Source: an uncultured bacterium
GTDB lineage: Bacteria > CSSED10-310 > CAZUFC01
Assembly (NCBI GenBank): GCA_964619725.1
Contig: CAZUFC010000043.1
Location: 1 to 60,491, forward strand
DNA: 60,491 nucleotides
Direction of reading: 5' to 3'
Part shown: positions 8,829 to 19,024 of the stretch, in pieces
Layout: the number at the start of each line of letters is the position of its first letter
Numbering within the stretch: position 1 is the first letter of the stretch
Made by a program: the position numbers and the translations under genes
Notes under the pieces: generated by a model
The model's input: the letters and a program-made list of their open reading frames with translations, nothing else
The model's database searches: none
Told to the model about the DNA's origin: nothing

Positions 8829-11800
8829 TCAGTCATCGAAGGAAGCTGAGGAATTTAAAAGGTCGATTTTTTCCTTGTCGTTGAGATATATTTCGGCGAG
8901 TTTTTCGTTTTTGAAGCCGTCTGATATTTTGAAAAGGGCATCTTCTGCTGCGCAACGCGACAGTTCGGCTTTTTGATTATCGCCGAGTTCCAGGAAGGCT
9001 TTGGACAAGGCGAAATGGAACCGCCATTCGTATTCAGGCAGCGAAAATTTTTTTAAGATTTCCAGGGCATCTTGGGATCGTTGGATGACGAAATGGGGAT
9101 CGTTGGGGTGCGATTTGATGAGAAGGAGACGTTTTTTCAGGAGGAGTTCGATTTTTTCGTCGGGTATTTGGATTTTTTTCAATATTCGACGTGAAAGTGT
9201 GAGTTTATGCTGCAGTATTAAAATCGCCGCGAGAGAGAGCATTAGAACAGGGTTTTGGGGGACGTTTCTGTATTTGTAATTCAGGGCAGCGGCTTTTCGC
9301 CAGGCATGAAGGGCTGCTTCGGGGCTGCCATTTTTGAGTTCAAGACGCGCTTTAATGAGGAAGGGATTAAGGAAATCGGAGATTTGTGTTGATAGAGATT
9401 TTGATTGATCCAAAGTTTCTTCGATCATTTTCCGGGATTTTTCAACCTGATTCATCAGAAGATAGAGTTCACTCAGGGCCGTTTTGGTCCAGATGAGGAG
9501 TTGTTCGTCAGAATCGGCTGCTGATGATTCCGCTTTTTGAAGAAGGTCGCAGGCGATTCCGTATTCGGCCAATTTCATATGATTCAGGCCGAGATAGAGT
9601 TTTTCGTTGGGCGTCGGAACACTCAGCTTTTCCAGTTGTTCGATCGCTGAATGATAAAGTTTTTTGGATTCTATATGACGGTTTTGGAGGAATCGGACTT
9701 CGGCAATATTGGAGAGAATGAAAGCTCTGCGTGTCGGGTCGGATGCATCCTTTGATTTATCCAGCGCTTTTTGGAATGCAGCCACAGCTTCCTCGTATCG
9801 ACCGAGTTCCGAGCGAATGAGGCCGTGAATATTCCAGAAAGCCGTCAACTCTTCGGCGTTCGACTGAATTTCGGGGGAATCGATCCATTGCATCAAATTT
9901 TGCAGCAAGTCTTCGGCTTCACTGTATCGTCGGCTGTAATATTGAATATTGGTTAAATTTAATGCTGTTCTGAGTATGCCCTGGTGATTAAGGGACTCTT
10001 CGTAATGCTTCAGGCTTTTTTCAAAATAGTACAGGGCTTCTGCGTAGTCATGATTGAGGCACCAGTGAGCGATGCCGAGATTCATGTTGATATGCCCCAG
10101 TCGGTTCGGGTCATTTTGATTTCGGGCGAGTTGGAGAGCCTTCGCGTAGATGCCTGCGGCTCCGGCATAATTCAGCAGTCTCCGGTAAAGAGCGCCCATA
10201 TTTATCATCAATTTGATCCCAAGCTCCCGCTCCGGTTCAGGCATCAGATCAGCTTCGCGGAACAGGGCGTATGCCCTCTCGTAGGCGTTCAAAGCGGTCC
10301 TGGGGGCCAGGCGAGAGGCGGCCAGTCCATATCGGTAATAATAATCGACGGCGATGCCTCTTTTTTCGGGTATGCCGTATTCAAAGTGCCGGCCTATTTG
10401 GAATGATTTGGTCCCCTTGATCTTTTCGCCCTCCTCGAACAGGGCGAAAGCCGTCTCAGTATGAAATTGTTTTCTGGCGTCAGGGTCCAGCGTTTCATAT
10501 AATTTCATGCGCAGAACTTCGCTGCTGAACAAATAGCCGTCACCCTCGCCTGAGTAACGAATGAAATTCCGCGCATTCAGTTCCCGGAGCGTTGAACTCA
10601 ATTCTTCATCCCTGAAACGGCATAATCTGCTGACCAGGCCGTAAGTGAATTCCCGGCCGATGACGGATGCCGTCCTCAACACTTTCAGGTCCCGGGCATT
10701 CAGCAGATTGAGCTTGGCATCCATCAGTTGAGATATTTTACCGGGGAGCGGTTGATCATCCGGAAGATTGAGTTCCCAGTCTCCTTCTTGCCTGGTAAGC
10801 AACCCCTTGTCATATAAATATTTAATGAATTCTATAAGATAAAAGGGAAGTCCTTCCGAAACTTCCTTTAATTTCATCATTATATTTTTACCCGGCGATA
10901 CGTTTAAACTGAGCATGGATTTTATCAGCTCCGTGATTTCCTGGTCCGTCAATCCTCCCAGCTCCAGAAAGCTTAGCGCATCAGGAGAGGTTTCTTCTTT
11001 CAGCCAGCTTTCGAATTCAGAAGCTTCCGGCAGCGCAAAAATGAAAACAACCGGCGAAGCCGCTCCTTTAATCAATTGCTCCTGTAGCTTTTGAAAAAAA
11101 CGTCGGGAATCTTCATCCATTTCATCAGCGCTATCGACTATATATATCAGGGATTTGTCGCGTTCCTCGAAATGCCTGCTCACGGCTTCCAGCAAGGTTG
11201 TAAGAGTCTCCCGGGACCCGCCTGCCGGCTGTTTATCCTGGTCCGTCCCCTTTTCGAATATATGGGGAAACAGGTAGTGCAAATCCTGGTATAAGGATTC
11301 GTAAGACCGGGAAATCTCCTGTCGCTCCCCGGACAAAGGAAGTATTTCCCTGAACAGTTCAAAAAATGCTGAATATGGCTTTGTTGCGTCGGCTTCAGCC
11401 AGGCGTATCGGAAAATCCAGAGCGCTTGAAATATATTCCTTGAACTTCCTCAAAAGAGAACTCTTGCCCGCTCCTGCAGCTCCGGCCAGAATGACGAAAT
11501 GTACCCCTGCTTCACCACTTTTTTCCAATACGATGTTGTATAATTCGGTAAATTCCTTCTTCCTGCCTATAAAATCAGGTTCCCGTAACTTCAGAGAACC
11601 CGTGGAGGTTTCCAGTTCTTCAAGCTCCTTCAATAACTCGCCTGCTCCCGAAAACCGCTTTTCAGGTTCTTTTTCCAGAAGCTTCATCAGGACTGAATCG
11701 ATTGAAAATCGATAGCGCTTGAAAATATTCTCGTTGACGGATGAAGGATAAGCTGTGTTGTCCGTTAACGCCGGTATATTCTGAAATGGACCGCATATCA

Positions 11801-12443
11801 GTTCATAAAAAACAACCCCCAGAGAATAAAGGTCAGACCTCCTGTCAACCCTCCTGCCGCTTATCTGCTCCGGACTCATGTATTTCCACGTGCCCAACGA
11901 CGTCCCCTCTTCCGTTACCGTCTTTTCCGCCTTGATGAGACCGAAATCTATTATTTTGCAGAATCCGCTCCCCCTTACCACCTTTATGTTGCTGGGCTTA
12001 ATGTCGCGGTGAATCATTCCTTTCTCATGTAAATACTGTAGAGCCGACGCTATCTGCTTCACGATCGATACGGCCTCTTCCAGCTCCTCTTTGTCAGCGG
12101 ACCGTCCCATATACGCTAAATGGCGGTCCAGATCGGCGCCCTCTATAAACTCCATTACAATCGTCGGCCTTGCAATGCCTGATGCATCGCCGATCGTCTC
12201 AAAACGCTTTACACTTACTATGTGGGGATGATTCAACGTTTTTAATATCCGGTATTCCCTCTTCAGTCGCAAAAGTTTCCAGGAATCGAATTCCCGTATA
12301 AGCATTTTTAAGGCCACATATTCACCTGTAGATATATCCTGAGCCTTATAAACAACCCCGGATGAACCTTCGCCGACGTACCTTACGACTCGATACTTCC
12401 TTCCCGCCGTACTGCTCGTCATAAATGTCCTGAAATTCTGCAA
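8829..12443 (-). CDS. Hanks-type Ser/Thr protein kinase fused to AAA/STAND-like ATPase and TPR repeats
   Basis: GEGSSGVVYKA, VALK, HRDIKPSN, DFG, GTWKYMSPEQ, DLYSLG; Walker A GAAGAGKS; GLPFYL and ASVIGREF motifs; C-terminal TPRs; GAGGAG RBS before TTG. Confidence 0.92.
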   Translation of the reverse strand: MQNFRTFMTSSTAGRKYRVVRYVGEGSSGVVYKAQDISTGEYVALKMLIREFDSWKLLRLKREYRILKTLNHPHIVSVKRFETIGDASGIARPTIVMEFIEGADLDRHLAYMGRSADKEELEEAVSIVKQIASALQYLHEKGMIHRDIKPSNIKVVRGSGFCKIIDFGLIKAEKTVTEEGTSLGTWKYMSPEQISGRRVDRRSDLYSLGVVFYELICGPFQNIPALTDNTAYPSSVNENIFKRYRFSIDSVLMKLLEKEPEKRFSGAGELLKELEELETSTGSLKLREPDFIGRKKEFTELYNIVLEKSGEAGVHFVILAGAAGAGKSSLLRKFKEYISSALDFPIRLAEADATKPYSAFFELFREILPLSGERQEISRSYESLYQDLHYLFPHIFEKGTDQDKQPAGGSRETLTTLLEAVSRHFEERDKSLIYIVDSADEMDEDSRRFFQKLQEQLIKGAASPVVFIFALPEASEFESWLKEETSPDALSFLELGGLTDQEITELIKSMLSLNVSPGKNIMMKLKEVSEGLPFYLIEFIKYLYDKGLLTRQEGDWELNLPDDQPLPGKISQLMDAKLNLLNARDLKVLRTASVIGREFTYGLVSRLCRFRDEELSSTLRELNARNFIRYSGEGDGYLFSSEVLRMKLYETLDPDARKQFHTETAFALFEEGEKIKGTKSFQIGRHFEYGIPEKRGIAVDYYYRYGLAASRLAPRTALNAYERAYALFREADLMPEPERELGIKLMINMGALYRRLLNYAGAAGIYAKALQLARNQNDPNRLGHINMNLGIAHWCLNHDYAEALYYFEKSLKHYEESLNHQGILRTALNLTNIQYYSRRYSEAEDLLQNLMQWIDSPEIQSNAEELTAFWNIHGLIRSELGRYEEAVAAFQKALDKSKDASDPTRRAFILSNIAEVRFLQNRHIESKKLYHSAIEQLEKLSVPTPNEKLYLGLNHMKLAEYGIACDLLQKAESSAADSDEQLLIWTKTALSELYLLMNQVEKSRKMIEETLDQSKSLSTQISDFLNPFLIKARLELKNGSPEAALHAWRKAAALNYKYRNVPQNPVLMLSLAAILILQHKLTLSRRILKKIQIPDEKIELLLKKRLLLIKSHPNDPHFVIQRSQDALEILKKFSLPEYEWRFHFALSKAFLELGDNQKAELSRCAAEDALFKISDGFKNEKLAEIYLNDKEKIDLLNSSASFDD

Positions 12444-12959
12444 ATCACTTCTCCTCGTTTCCTTATCCCCAACCGGCCGCTCTCAAAAAATTTTTCTCGT
12501 TCCGATAAACCTTCAAACAGTTGCATCCATGAATTAGATACAGCGACGACTTCATCTCCGCCCGCTCAATTCTCCATTCTATTACGATAATCTTGTTTCC
12601 ACAACCTGGCCTTCTTCGCCGCTGACTTAAAAACCTCCAGAAATTGATAATTTTGCAGCGCTTTTTCTCATAACGCGCTATTGACCGTGAATGATTACCA
12701 ACTAAAGCTCAATGAAAATTCCGTAGCCTTTCCGATCACTTATTCCGCCTGTAAAAATAAAAAAAATTCCTTTCTCTATCTATTTAATACAAATTAGTTC
12801 TAGACAAAAAGTTTCCGTTTTGGTAAATTTTACAAAGCGTAGGACGGGACGAATGAAATGTTCATTCTTGAAAACCGTTCGAGGGATTATTTTTTTAACC
12901 TCATTTGTTACCAAAGAAGCAAAACCATAATTCGACTCTCAGAATAGGAGGATTTGCAA

Positions 12960-13586
12960 ATGGATGATCTGGAACTGGCTTTAAGAGGGTTATCCCTCTA
13001 TCTCGCTGAATTCTTTCAAAAGTTTGTGGATAAAGGAAAAGAAGGAATAGGCGAAGAAAGTCAAACGAAAATAAAGCCAAAGGAAAAAAAGTCGGAAGAG
13101 GTCGAAGTGAAAGCGCGAAGCTATGATGAATTGACCGATCTCGACAAAAAAATCATTGAAAAACTTAGAGAATACCCCAGAGGCATCTCCATGCGTGACC
13201 TGGCTAAAGAGATCGGTGAAAACTGGCAAACTGTTCTCCGCCCCATGAAACTTCTGCTCTATGAAAAACATATCCTGAAATCCGACAGATATTACGGCGT
13301 TCCTGGCGTATTCGAATTACCCGTTACTTACGATCCGCCTAAAAAAATTCGCTACCCCATGCAGAGAAGACGTTCGCCGAAAATGACGAAAGAAGAAAAA
13401 GAACACATGAAAGAAGAACTGGTCGCTATGGTCAAAGAAACTCCAGGCGGACTCACCTTACCGGAAATGGGCGCCAAAGCAGGCAGAACATGGCAGAGCC
13501 TCAAGGACTTAGTCAGCATACTGCTCGAAAACGGAAAACTCATAAGATTAGAAAACAAAAAATATATTCCAGGGCCCAACGCATAA
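12960..13586 (+). CDS. Hypothetical protein with two tandem winged-HTH-like domains
   Basis: AGGAGG RBS spacing favours ATG 12960; internal repeat E.P.G.....A...G..WQ......LL.....K.....Y occurs twice. Confidence 0.75.
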   Translation: MDDLELALRGLSLYLAEFFQKFVDKGKEGIGEESQTKIKPKEKKSEEVEVKARSYDELTDLDKKIIEKLREYPRGISMRDLAKEIGENWQTVLRPMKLLLYEKHILKSDRYYGVPGVFELPVTYDPPKKIRYPMQRRRSPKMTKEEKEHMKEELVAMVKETPGGLTLPEMGAKAGRTWQSLKDLVSILLENGKLIRLENKKYIPGPNA

Positions 13587-13685
13587 ACCAGTTCATCGCA
13601 TTTTTCCAAATCGTCGCAACGACCCTGAACATACCGGTAAAAAAATGAAGACTTATCAGGGGCAGGCATTGGAAGCGGAGGCGAG

Positions 13686-13868
13686 ATGACGGCTTCGGTT
13701 TTCATTTGTAACGCTTCCGTCAGTCAACTCGAATCGAAAAAAGGCTACGGATTCGGTTTTGAACCTCGTTTGCATGAAATTGTCGACGGATGTGAGAGGG
13801 TTCTGTATTCCGTTTTTTTTGAGTATGGTAATCGAATAATTGTTGACAGGCCAAAGCCGGGCGAATAA
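13686..13868 (+). CDS. Small hypothetical protein (60 aa), uncertain
   Basis: GGAGG 4 nt before ATG; no recognisable domain. Confidence 0.25.
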   Translation: MTASVFICNASVSQLESKKGYGFGFEPRLHEIVDGCERVLYSVFFEYGNRIIVDRPKPGE

Positions 13869-14067
13869 AATGCGCAATTGTTGGTTTAGTGGGAATTATG
13901 GAAAGCAATGATTTTAAGCATTGAATCGACGTTAACTGGAGCAGGAGGAGGTGATAAGAGAGAATTAAAAGGAGGAGGATTCCGACCGGTAAGCGTAATA
14001 ACGGCGTTAAGGTCGGGAGGAGAGAAGGGACGCAATAGATTTTATCAAAAACTGAAAGGAGACGCGG

Positions 14068-17000
14068 ATGATTAAGAGGATGACTTTGGGGCTGATGATG
14101 TTATCGGCTGCAATGGCGTGGTCTGTTGCTTTCGGTGCAATTCAGGATCAGGGGATAAGCAGTGAATTGAACCTGGTTGAGAAGCCTGAAGTGATGAGTA
14201 TGACGGGCGATAGGATGATATTGCCTGAATTCAGGGATGCAGCATCGGGCGACCGTGACAATTGGACGCAGGAAGGAACGACGGGAACGGCGGTATTCTG
14301 GCAGGCCTATACGTCGTGCGACGACATGTTGTATTATTTCGGCGGATTAGGAGCCGGAGCGTCGCCTCCGGTAGTGGACATAGCTCAAGTATATGATCCG
14401 TCGACGGGAAGTTGGGACACGGGTCTGACGCCACCGCCGACTCCGGTATTCGGAGCGGTTGCGGGTAGCATAGACGGAATGATTTATCTTGCCGGCGGAT
14501 ATACGACGCCAGGCGGCGACTGGGGCGGAACGAACATATTGCAGATATACGATCCGATGGGAGATACGTGGTCGACGGGAGCGAGCATGCCGAGCGAGCG
14601 CGGCGGATTAGCCGGGGGAGTAATTGACGGGATGCTATATGCTGTAGGCGGAAGCGCGGACAACAGTTTTCCGACGGATTGTCCGACATATGCTTATGAT
14701 CCGATGTCTGACACTTGGACGACGTTAGCGGCATGTCCTCGGGGCGGCGACGGATTGATATTCGGTTCCGGGGGCAGCGTAGGCGGAAATTTGTATATCG
14801 GAGGCGACTATCAGGGATTCCACTCATTTTACGGTTATGATCCAGTAGGAGCGACGTGGGAGACATTAACGAACATACCGTCTGATTTGGGAGCGATGTC
14901 GAACTGCATGGTGGGAAATGAAGGCGACGGAAAGCTTTATGTCTTCGGCGGCAGTCCTGCTGGTTCCTGGGGCAATTATTCGGCCAAAACTTACACTTAC
15001 AGTCCTGGTTCTGATTCCTGGACTCAATTGGATTATGATTTAAACACGGCTCGTCTGGGACACGGCGGCGGTCTGGCGATAGACAGCATATATGCGTTCG
15101 GCGGAACGATCGGGGAAGGAGCGATATCTCCTGCGCCTCATGAATCATTGCTGGTAGTTTTCGAGGGATTGAACGTCATGCCGGCGTATCAGTCATCGGG
15201 AGCCTTTCCCGGAGACACGGTGGATTATACGATAACGATAGTGAACAATACGGGAGCGGACGACAGTTATGATTTGACGTATACGGGCAATGACTGGACG
15301 ACGACGGGGCCCGGCAACAGCGGGACGATACCGGACGGCGGAAGCGCCGACATCGACATATCGGTGACGATTCCTCCTGATGCGATACCGTTTGAGGATA
15401 ACGACATAGTAACGGTAACGGCGACGGGTGTGACCTTTCCAGGCAACACGGACAGCGCTGAGATAGAAACATTCGCTGTTCCATTGTGGGAAGTAAAGGC
15501 AGATATGCCTTCACCTGGCCGATATCGTTTAGGATCGACCGCCTGGGGAGATTACATGTATATCCTGGGCGGCCTTGATGAAACGCATACATCCGTAGCT
15601 GACGTAGACAGGTATGATTGGGTGACCGACACATGGGAAAGCGTAAGTTCTCTGCCTTCTGCCCGGTCGAACATCGATGCTGCGATGACGATGGATCAGG
15701 TTTGGACGGTCGGCGGTTACATCGGCGGCTCCTACATGAACAATTTTGACGTTTATGATGTCTGGGCGGACAGTTGGAGCACATCACCGGCCAATTATCC
15801 TATTTCAGCTTCCGGTATAGCCATGGGTGCTTACGGCAACAAGGTATATGCTGCGGGCGGTTCCACGGGTTCCGGTTATACGGCCAATTTTTATGAGTAT
15901 AATATAGACACGAACACGTGGCAGGCCTTGGCTGGATTGCCTGGAGGCGGACGAGCGTATGCTGCGGGCCTGGTAGTTAACGGCTGGTTTTTCGTAATAG
16001 GCGGTTGGGAAGCCATCACAACGGTTGAAGCATACGACATAATGAACGAGACCTGGGAAACGATGCCCGGCTTGAATTCAGGAAGGCAGGCGCCCGGATT
16101 CAGTTACAAGAATGACCTGTTGTTCGTATTCGGCGGCGGCAGCGGCTGGAGTCCTTTGGCATCAACTGAATATTACGATCCTATAGCCATGACGTGGACT
16201 TCGATTCCGCTTGCCGATCTGAATTCTGGAAGAATAGGTTTGAGCGACGGGCATGTGGGAGACGTCATAGTGGCGGCAGGCGGGACTGCGGGCGATGCGG
16301 GCGTAACCACCGTAGAAATGTTGCCGGTCGGTTTCAATTTTACGCCTACGCCGACAGCGACGCTGGAGCCCTGGATCACACCCACGGATACGCCTTCACC
16401 GACCGATACGCCGACGCCGACGCCGACGCGAACTCCTCCGCCGTTCACCGTGCTTCTGGTCGACGACGATGACAATTCACCAAACGTTCAGAGTTATTAT
16501 ACTGAGACGCTGGATTTCCTGGGCGTAGCCTATGATGTTTGGGACGTTACAAGTTCCGGCGATCCCTCAGCGGGAGACCTTTCTCCTTATGCTGTGGTAG
16601 CCTGGTTCACAGGAAACGAATATGAGGGACCGAGTTCAACGGCTGAAACGGCTTTGTCTGATTATCTTGATGCCGGCGGCAGTCTTTTCATGTGCAGCGA
16701 GGATTATCTGTATGGGTCCGGGTTGAATACGTTCATCTCGACTTACCTGCATGTCGCTGATTATGATGACGATGTAATAGAACTGGATGTAGTGGGAACT
16801 GACGGCGATCCCATAGGCGACGGATTGGGACCGTATTATCTTATCGCTCCGAGTGATTTCTTCACCATCTACGACGATTACGTATGGCCTGATGATGATC
16901 CCGGGACGGGAACGCCATTCTATTACGTAGGTTCGGGAATCAACAACTCCACCAGCTATTCAGGGGCATATAAGACAGTATTTTTCACCTGGCCGATTGA

Positions 17001-18900
17001 GGCGTTGTCGGAATTGTCCGACCGGGCTGAAGTTTTCGGAAATGTGCTCAACTTCCTGGCCACTGAAGTCGAACCTCAGGTTGTGCTTTCTCCCGAAGAA
17101 GTAGACGGACTGGGATGCATCGGCGACATTACGCAATTCCAGTTTAAAGTCACGAACCTGACCCAATCCACGGATACTTTTGACGTGTATTATACAGGGG
17201 ATTGGGGAATTTCCGGTCCGGCCACGGTAGGTCCTCTGGATCACACGGAATTCGAATACATCACTGTTGATGTTCTTATACCGGGTACAGCGAGCCCTGG
17301 AGACATGGAGGATTTGAACATCAATGTGATTTCACAGGATAATCCGACTATTACCGACTCTTCCGTAATTCACATGGAAGCGGCAGACGAACAATTCTGG
17401 ATGAACGCTCAAAGCATATCTTCGCCGAGGTTCGATCATGCGGTCGTAGGATACGACGGAGACATTTACGTAATGGGCGGATATGAAACTTCCACAGGAA
17501 ATATACTCACTTCTGAAGTATATGATCCGAACACGGATACGTGGACCATTCTGGCGAATATGCCTTCGCCCGGCCTGGGTTGGGGCGGCGATGCCGGCGT
17601 GATCAACGGAATTATCTACATGCCGGGAGATCAGGAATCTCATGACCTGTATGCCTATGACATTGGCGCAAACACCTGGTCAGTTTCGTCCATTACGGGA
17701 CCGACTATGGCCTGGGGTTACGATGTCGTGGTATTAAACGGTCAGTTATACCGTATCGGAGGAACTCCTGGTTCGGATTCAAGAGCGGCTTTAAGCGAAG
17801 TGACGGCGTATGATCCAATAGCGGATACGTGGACGACGAAAGGTTCGTTGAATACGGCCAGAAGACTTTTCATGTCCTGGGCGCATGATGGTATGATCTA
17901 TGTGGCCGGCGGGCTGGATAATGCAGATAATGTTCTTGCGTCGACTGAGTATTATGATCCTATGACCGATACGTGGACCAGCAATCCTGCTGAATTCGCC
18001 AATATGCCTGATCCCTGGTGGGGCGGAGCCGACGCGGTATATGACGGCGCTATGTGGCTTGCCGGAGGTCTTGTGAATGGTACCGCCATTGAAGATGTTA
18101 CCGATCAATCCCTCTATTATGATCCTGACATGAACACCTGGATGAACGGTCCGGCCTGTACGGCAGAAACTTTCCGCCACGAAATGGACGCCGCTGCCGG
18201 CAGCGTATTCGCAGTCGCAGGATGGGATGTGAACGGGGCCAGCTTCAGCGGCATAAATACCAATCAGAAAATGGTGATATGCGGCCCCGCAGTTACTCCT
18301 ACCGATACGCCCACCATGGGACCGACTTATACTCCTACGCAAACTCCTACCGGAACTTTACCGACCAACACGCCTACTCTTATTCCCACAAGCACGCCGA
18401 CCAGAACCCCCACTGACATTCCTACATGGACTCCGACTGAAATACCTACAGAAGCTCCCACCGACACGCCCACTGAAATACCGCCGACGCCGACAGAAGT
18501 TCCTACAGAAGTACCGCCGACGCCGACAGAAGTTCCTGTTCCTGATCTGGGAGTTGTGCTGCATCTGTCAGAAGAAACCTTCTATCCGAACGATCAATTC
18601 CTGCTTAAGGCATTCATCTCGAATCCGGGTCCCGAAACCTATACCGACATACCCTTCGTCGTGCTTATGGACGTCGTCGGGTTATTCTTCTGGCATCCCA
18701 CCTGGACTGAGGATTTCAACTACGAAAACGTTGATCTCACCATAGGCACACAGGAAAAAATCATACTCGATTTCACATGGCCCAACGAACAGAGCACATT
18801 CTCGGGAGTTCGATTCTACGGCGCTTTACTGACGCCTGCATTCGACAATATCTTCATGGATTCCGAATGGGATTTCGTTGATTTCGGGTGGGACTACTGA
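14068..18900 (+). CDS. Large secreted Kelch-repeat protein (three propellers, Ig-like domains, Pro/Thr-rich linkers, conserved C-terminal domain)
   Basis: Signal peptide; many Y..GG...YDP..DTW Kelch blades; PT repeats; AAAGGAG RBS; followed by a terminator. Confidence 0.92.
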   Translation: MIKRMTLGLMMLSAAMAWSVAFGAIQDQGISSELNLVEKPEVMSMTGDRMILPEFRDAASGDRDNWTQEGTTGTAVFWQAYTSCDDMLYYFGGLGAGASPPVVDIAQVYDPSTGSWDTGLTPPPTPVFGAVAGSIDGMIYLAGGYTTPGGDWGGTNILQIYDPMGDTWSTGASMPSERGGLAGGVIDGMLYAVGGSADNSFPTDCPTYAYDPMSDTWTTLAACPRGGDGLIFGSGGSVGGNLYIGGDYQGFHSFYGYDPVGATWETLTNIPSDLGAMSNCMVGNEGDGKLYVFGGSPAGSWGNYSAKTYTYSPGSDSWTQLDYDLNTARLGHGGGLAIDSIYAFGGTIGEGAISPAPHESLLVVFEGLNVMPAYQSSGAFPGDTVDYTITIVNNTGADDSYDLTYTGNDWTTTGPGNSGTIPDGGSADIDISVTIPPDAIPFEDNDIVTVTATGVTFPGNTDSAEIETFAVPLWEVKADMPSPGRYRLGSTAWGDYMYILGGLDETHTSVADVDRYDWVTDTWESVSSLPSARSNIDAAMTMDQVWTVGGYIGGSYMNNFDVYDVWADSWSTSPANYPISASGIAMGAYGNKVYAAGGSTGSGYTANFYEYNIDTNTWQALAGLPGGGRAYAAGLVVNGWFFVIGGWEAITTVEAYDIMNETWETMPGLNSGRQAPGFSYKNDLLFVFGGGSGWSPLASTEYYDPIAMTWTSIPLADLNSGRIGLSDGHVGDVIVAAGGTAGDAGVTTVEMLPVGFNFTPTPTATLEPWITPTDTPSPTDTPTPTPTRTPPPFTVLLVDDDDNSPNVQSYYTETLDFLGVAYDVWDVTSSGDPSAGDLSPYAVVAWFTGNEYEGPSSTAETALSDYLDAGGSLFMCSEDYLYGSGLNTFISTYLHVADYDDDVIELDVVGTDGDPIGDGLGPYYLIAPSDFFTIYDDYVWPDDDPGTGTPFYYVGSGINNSTSYSGAYKTVFFTWPIEALSELSDRAEVFGNVLNFLATEVEPQVVLSPEEVDGLGCIGDITQFQFKVTNLTQSTDTFDVYYTGDWGISGPATVGPLDHTEFEYITVDVLIPGTASPGDMEDLNINVISQDNPTITDSSVIHMEAADEQFWMNAQSISSPRFDHAVVGYDGDIYVMGGYETSTGNILTSEVYDPNTDTWTILANMPSPGLGWGGDAGVINGIIYMPGDQESHDLYAYDIGANTWSVSSITGPTMAWGYDVVVLNGQLYRIGGTPGSDSRAALSEVTAYDPIADTWTTKGSLNTARRLFMSWAHDGMIYVAGGLDNADNVLASTEYYDPMTDTWTSNPAEFANMPDPWWGGADAVYDGAMWLAGGLVNGTAIEDVTDQSLYYDPDMNTWMNGPACTAETFRHEMDAAAGSVFAVAGWDVNGASFSGINTNQKMVICGPAVTPTDTPTMGPTYTPTQTPTGTLPTNTPTLIPTSTPTRTPTDIPTWTPTEIPTEAPTDTPTEIPPTPTEVPTEVPPTPTEVPVPDLGVVLHLSEETFYPNDQFLLKAFISNPGPETYTDIPFVVLMDVVGLFFWHPTWTEDFNYENVDLTIGTQEKIILDFTWPNEQSTFSGVRFYGALLTPAFDNIFMDSEWDFVDFGWDY

Positions 18901-18924
18901 TCAGGATAGACAAATTGTAAGCTC

Positions 18925-18955
18925 AACGCGTCGGCTTCGGCCGACGCGTTTTTTT
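18925..18955 (+). terminator. Rho-independent terminator
   Basis: AACGCGTCGGC-TTCG-GCCGACGCGTT perfect 11-bp stem, UUCG loop, then T run. Confidence 0.92.
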
Positions 18956-19024
18956 ATCATTTGACTTTTCATCTAAGAACTTATTATATTTTATCCTCGT
19001 TTAAACTCGTACGGCGGCCCAATC

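Noticed and set aside
13686-13868. Cold-shock protein (KKGYGF resembles RNP1)
   Set aside because: Lacks the G.VKWF and DVFVH motifs; kept only as a low-confidence ORF
14231-18342. Long antisense ORFs (305, 203 and 183 aa) inside the Kelch gene, and similar shadow ORFs such as 46612-47343 and 26865-27485
   Set aside because: They lie opposite well-supported genes and have atypical composition
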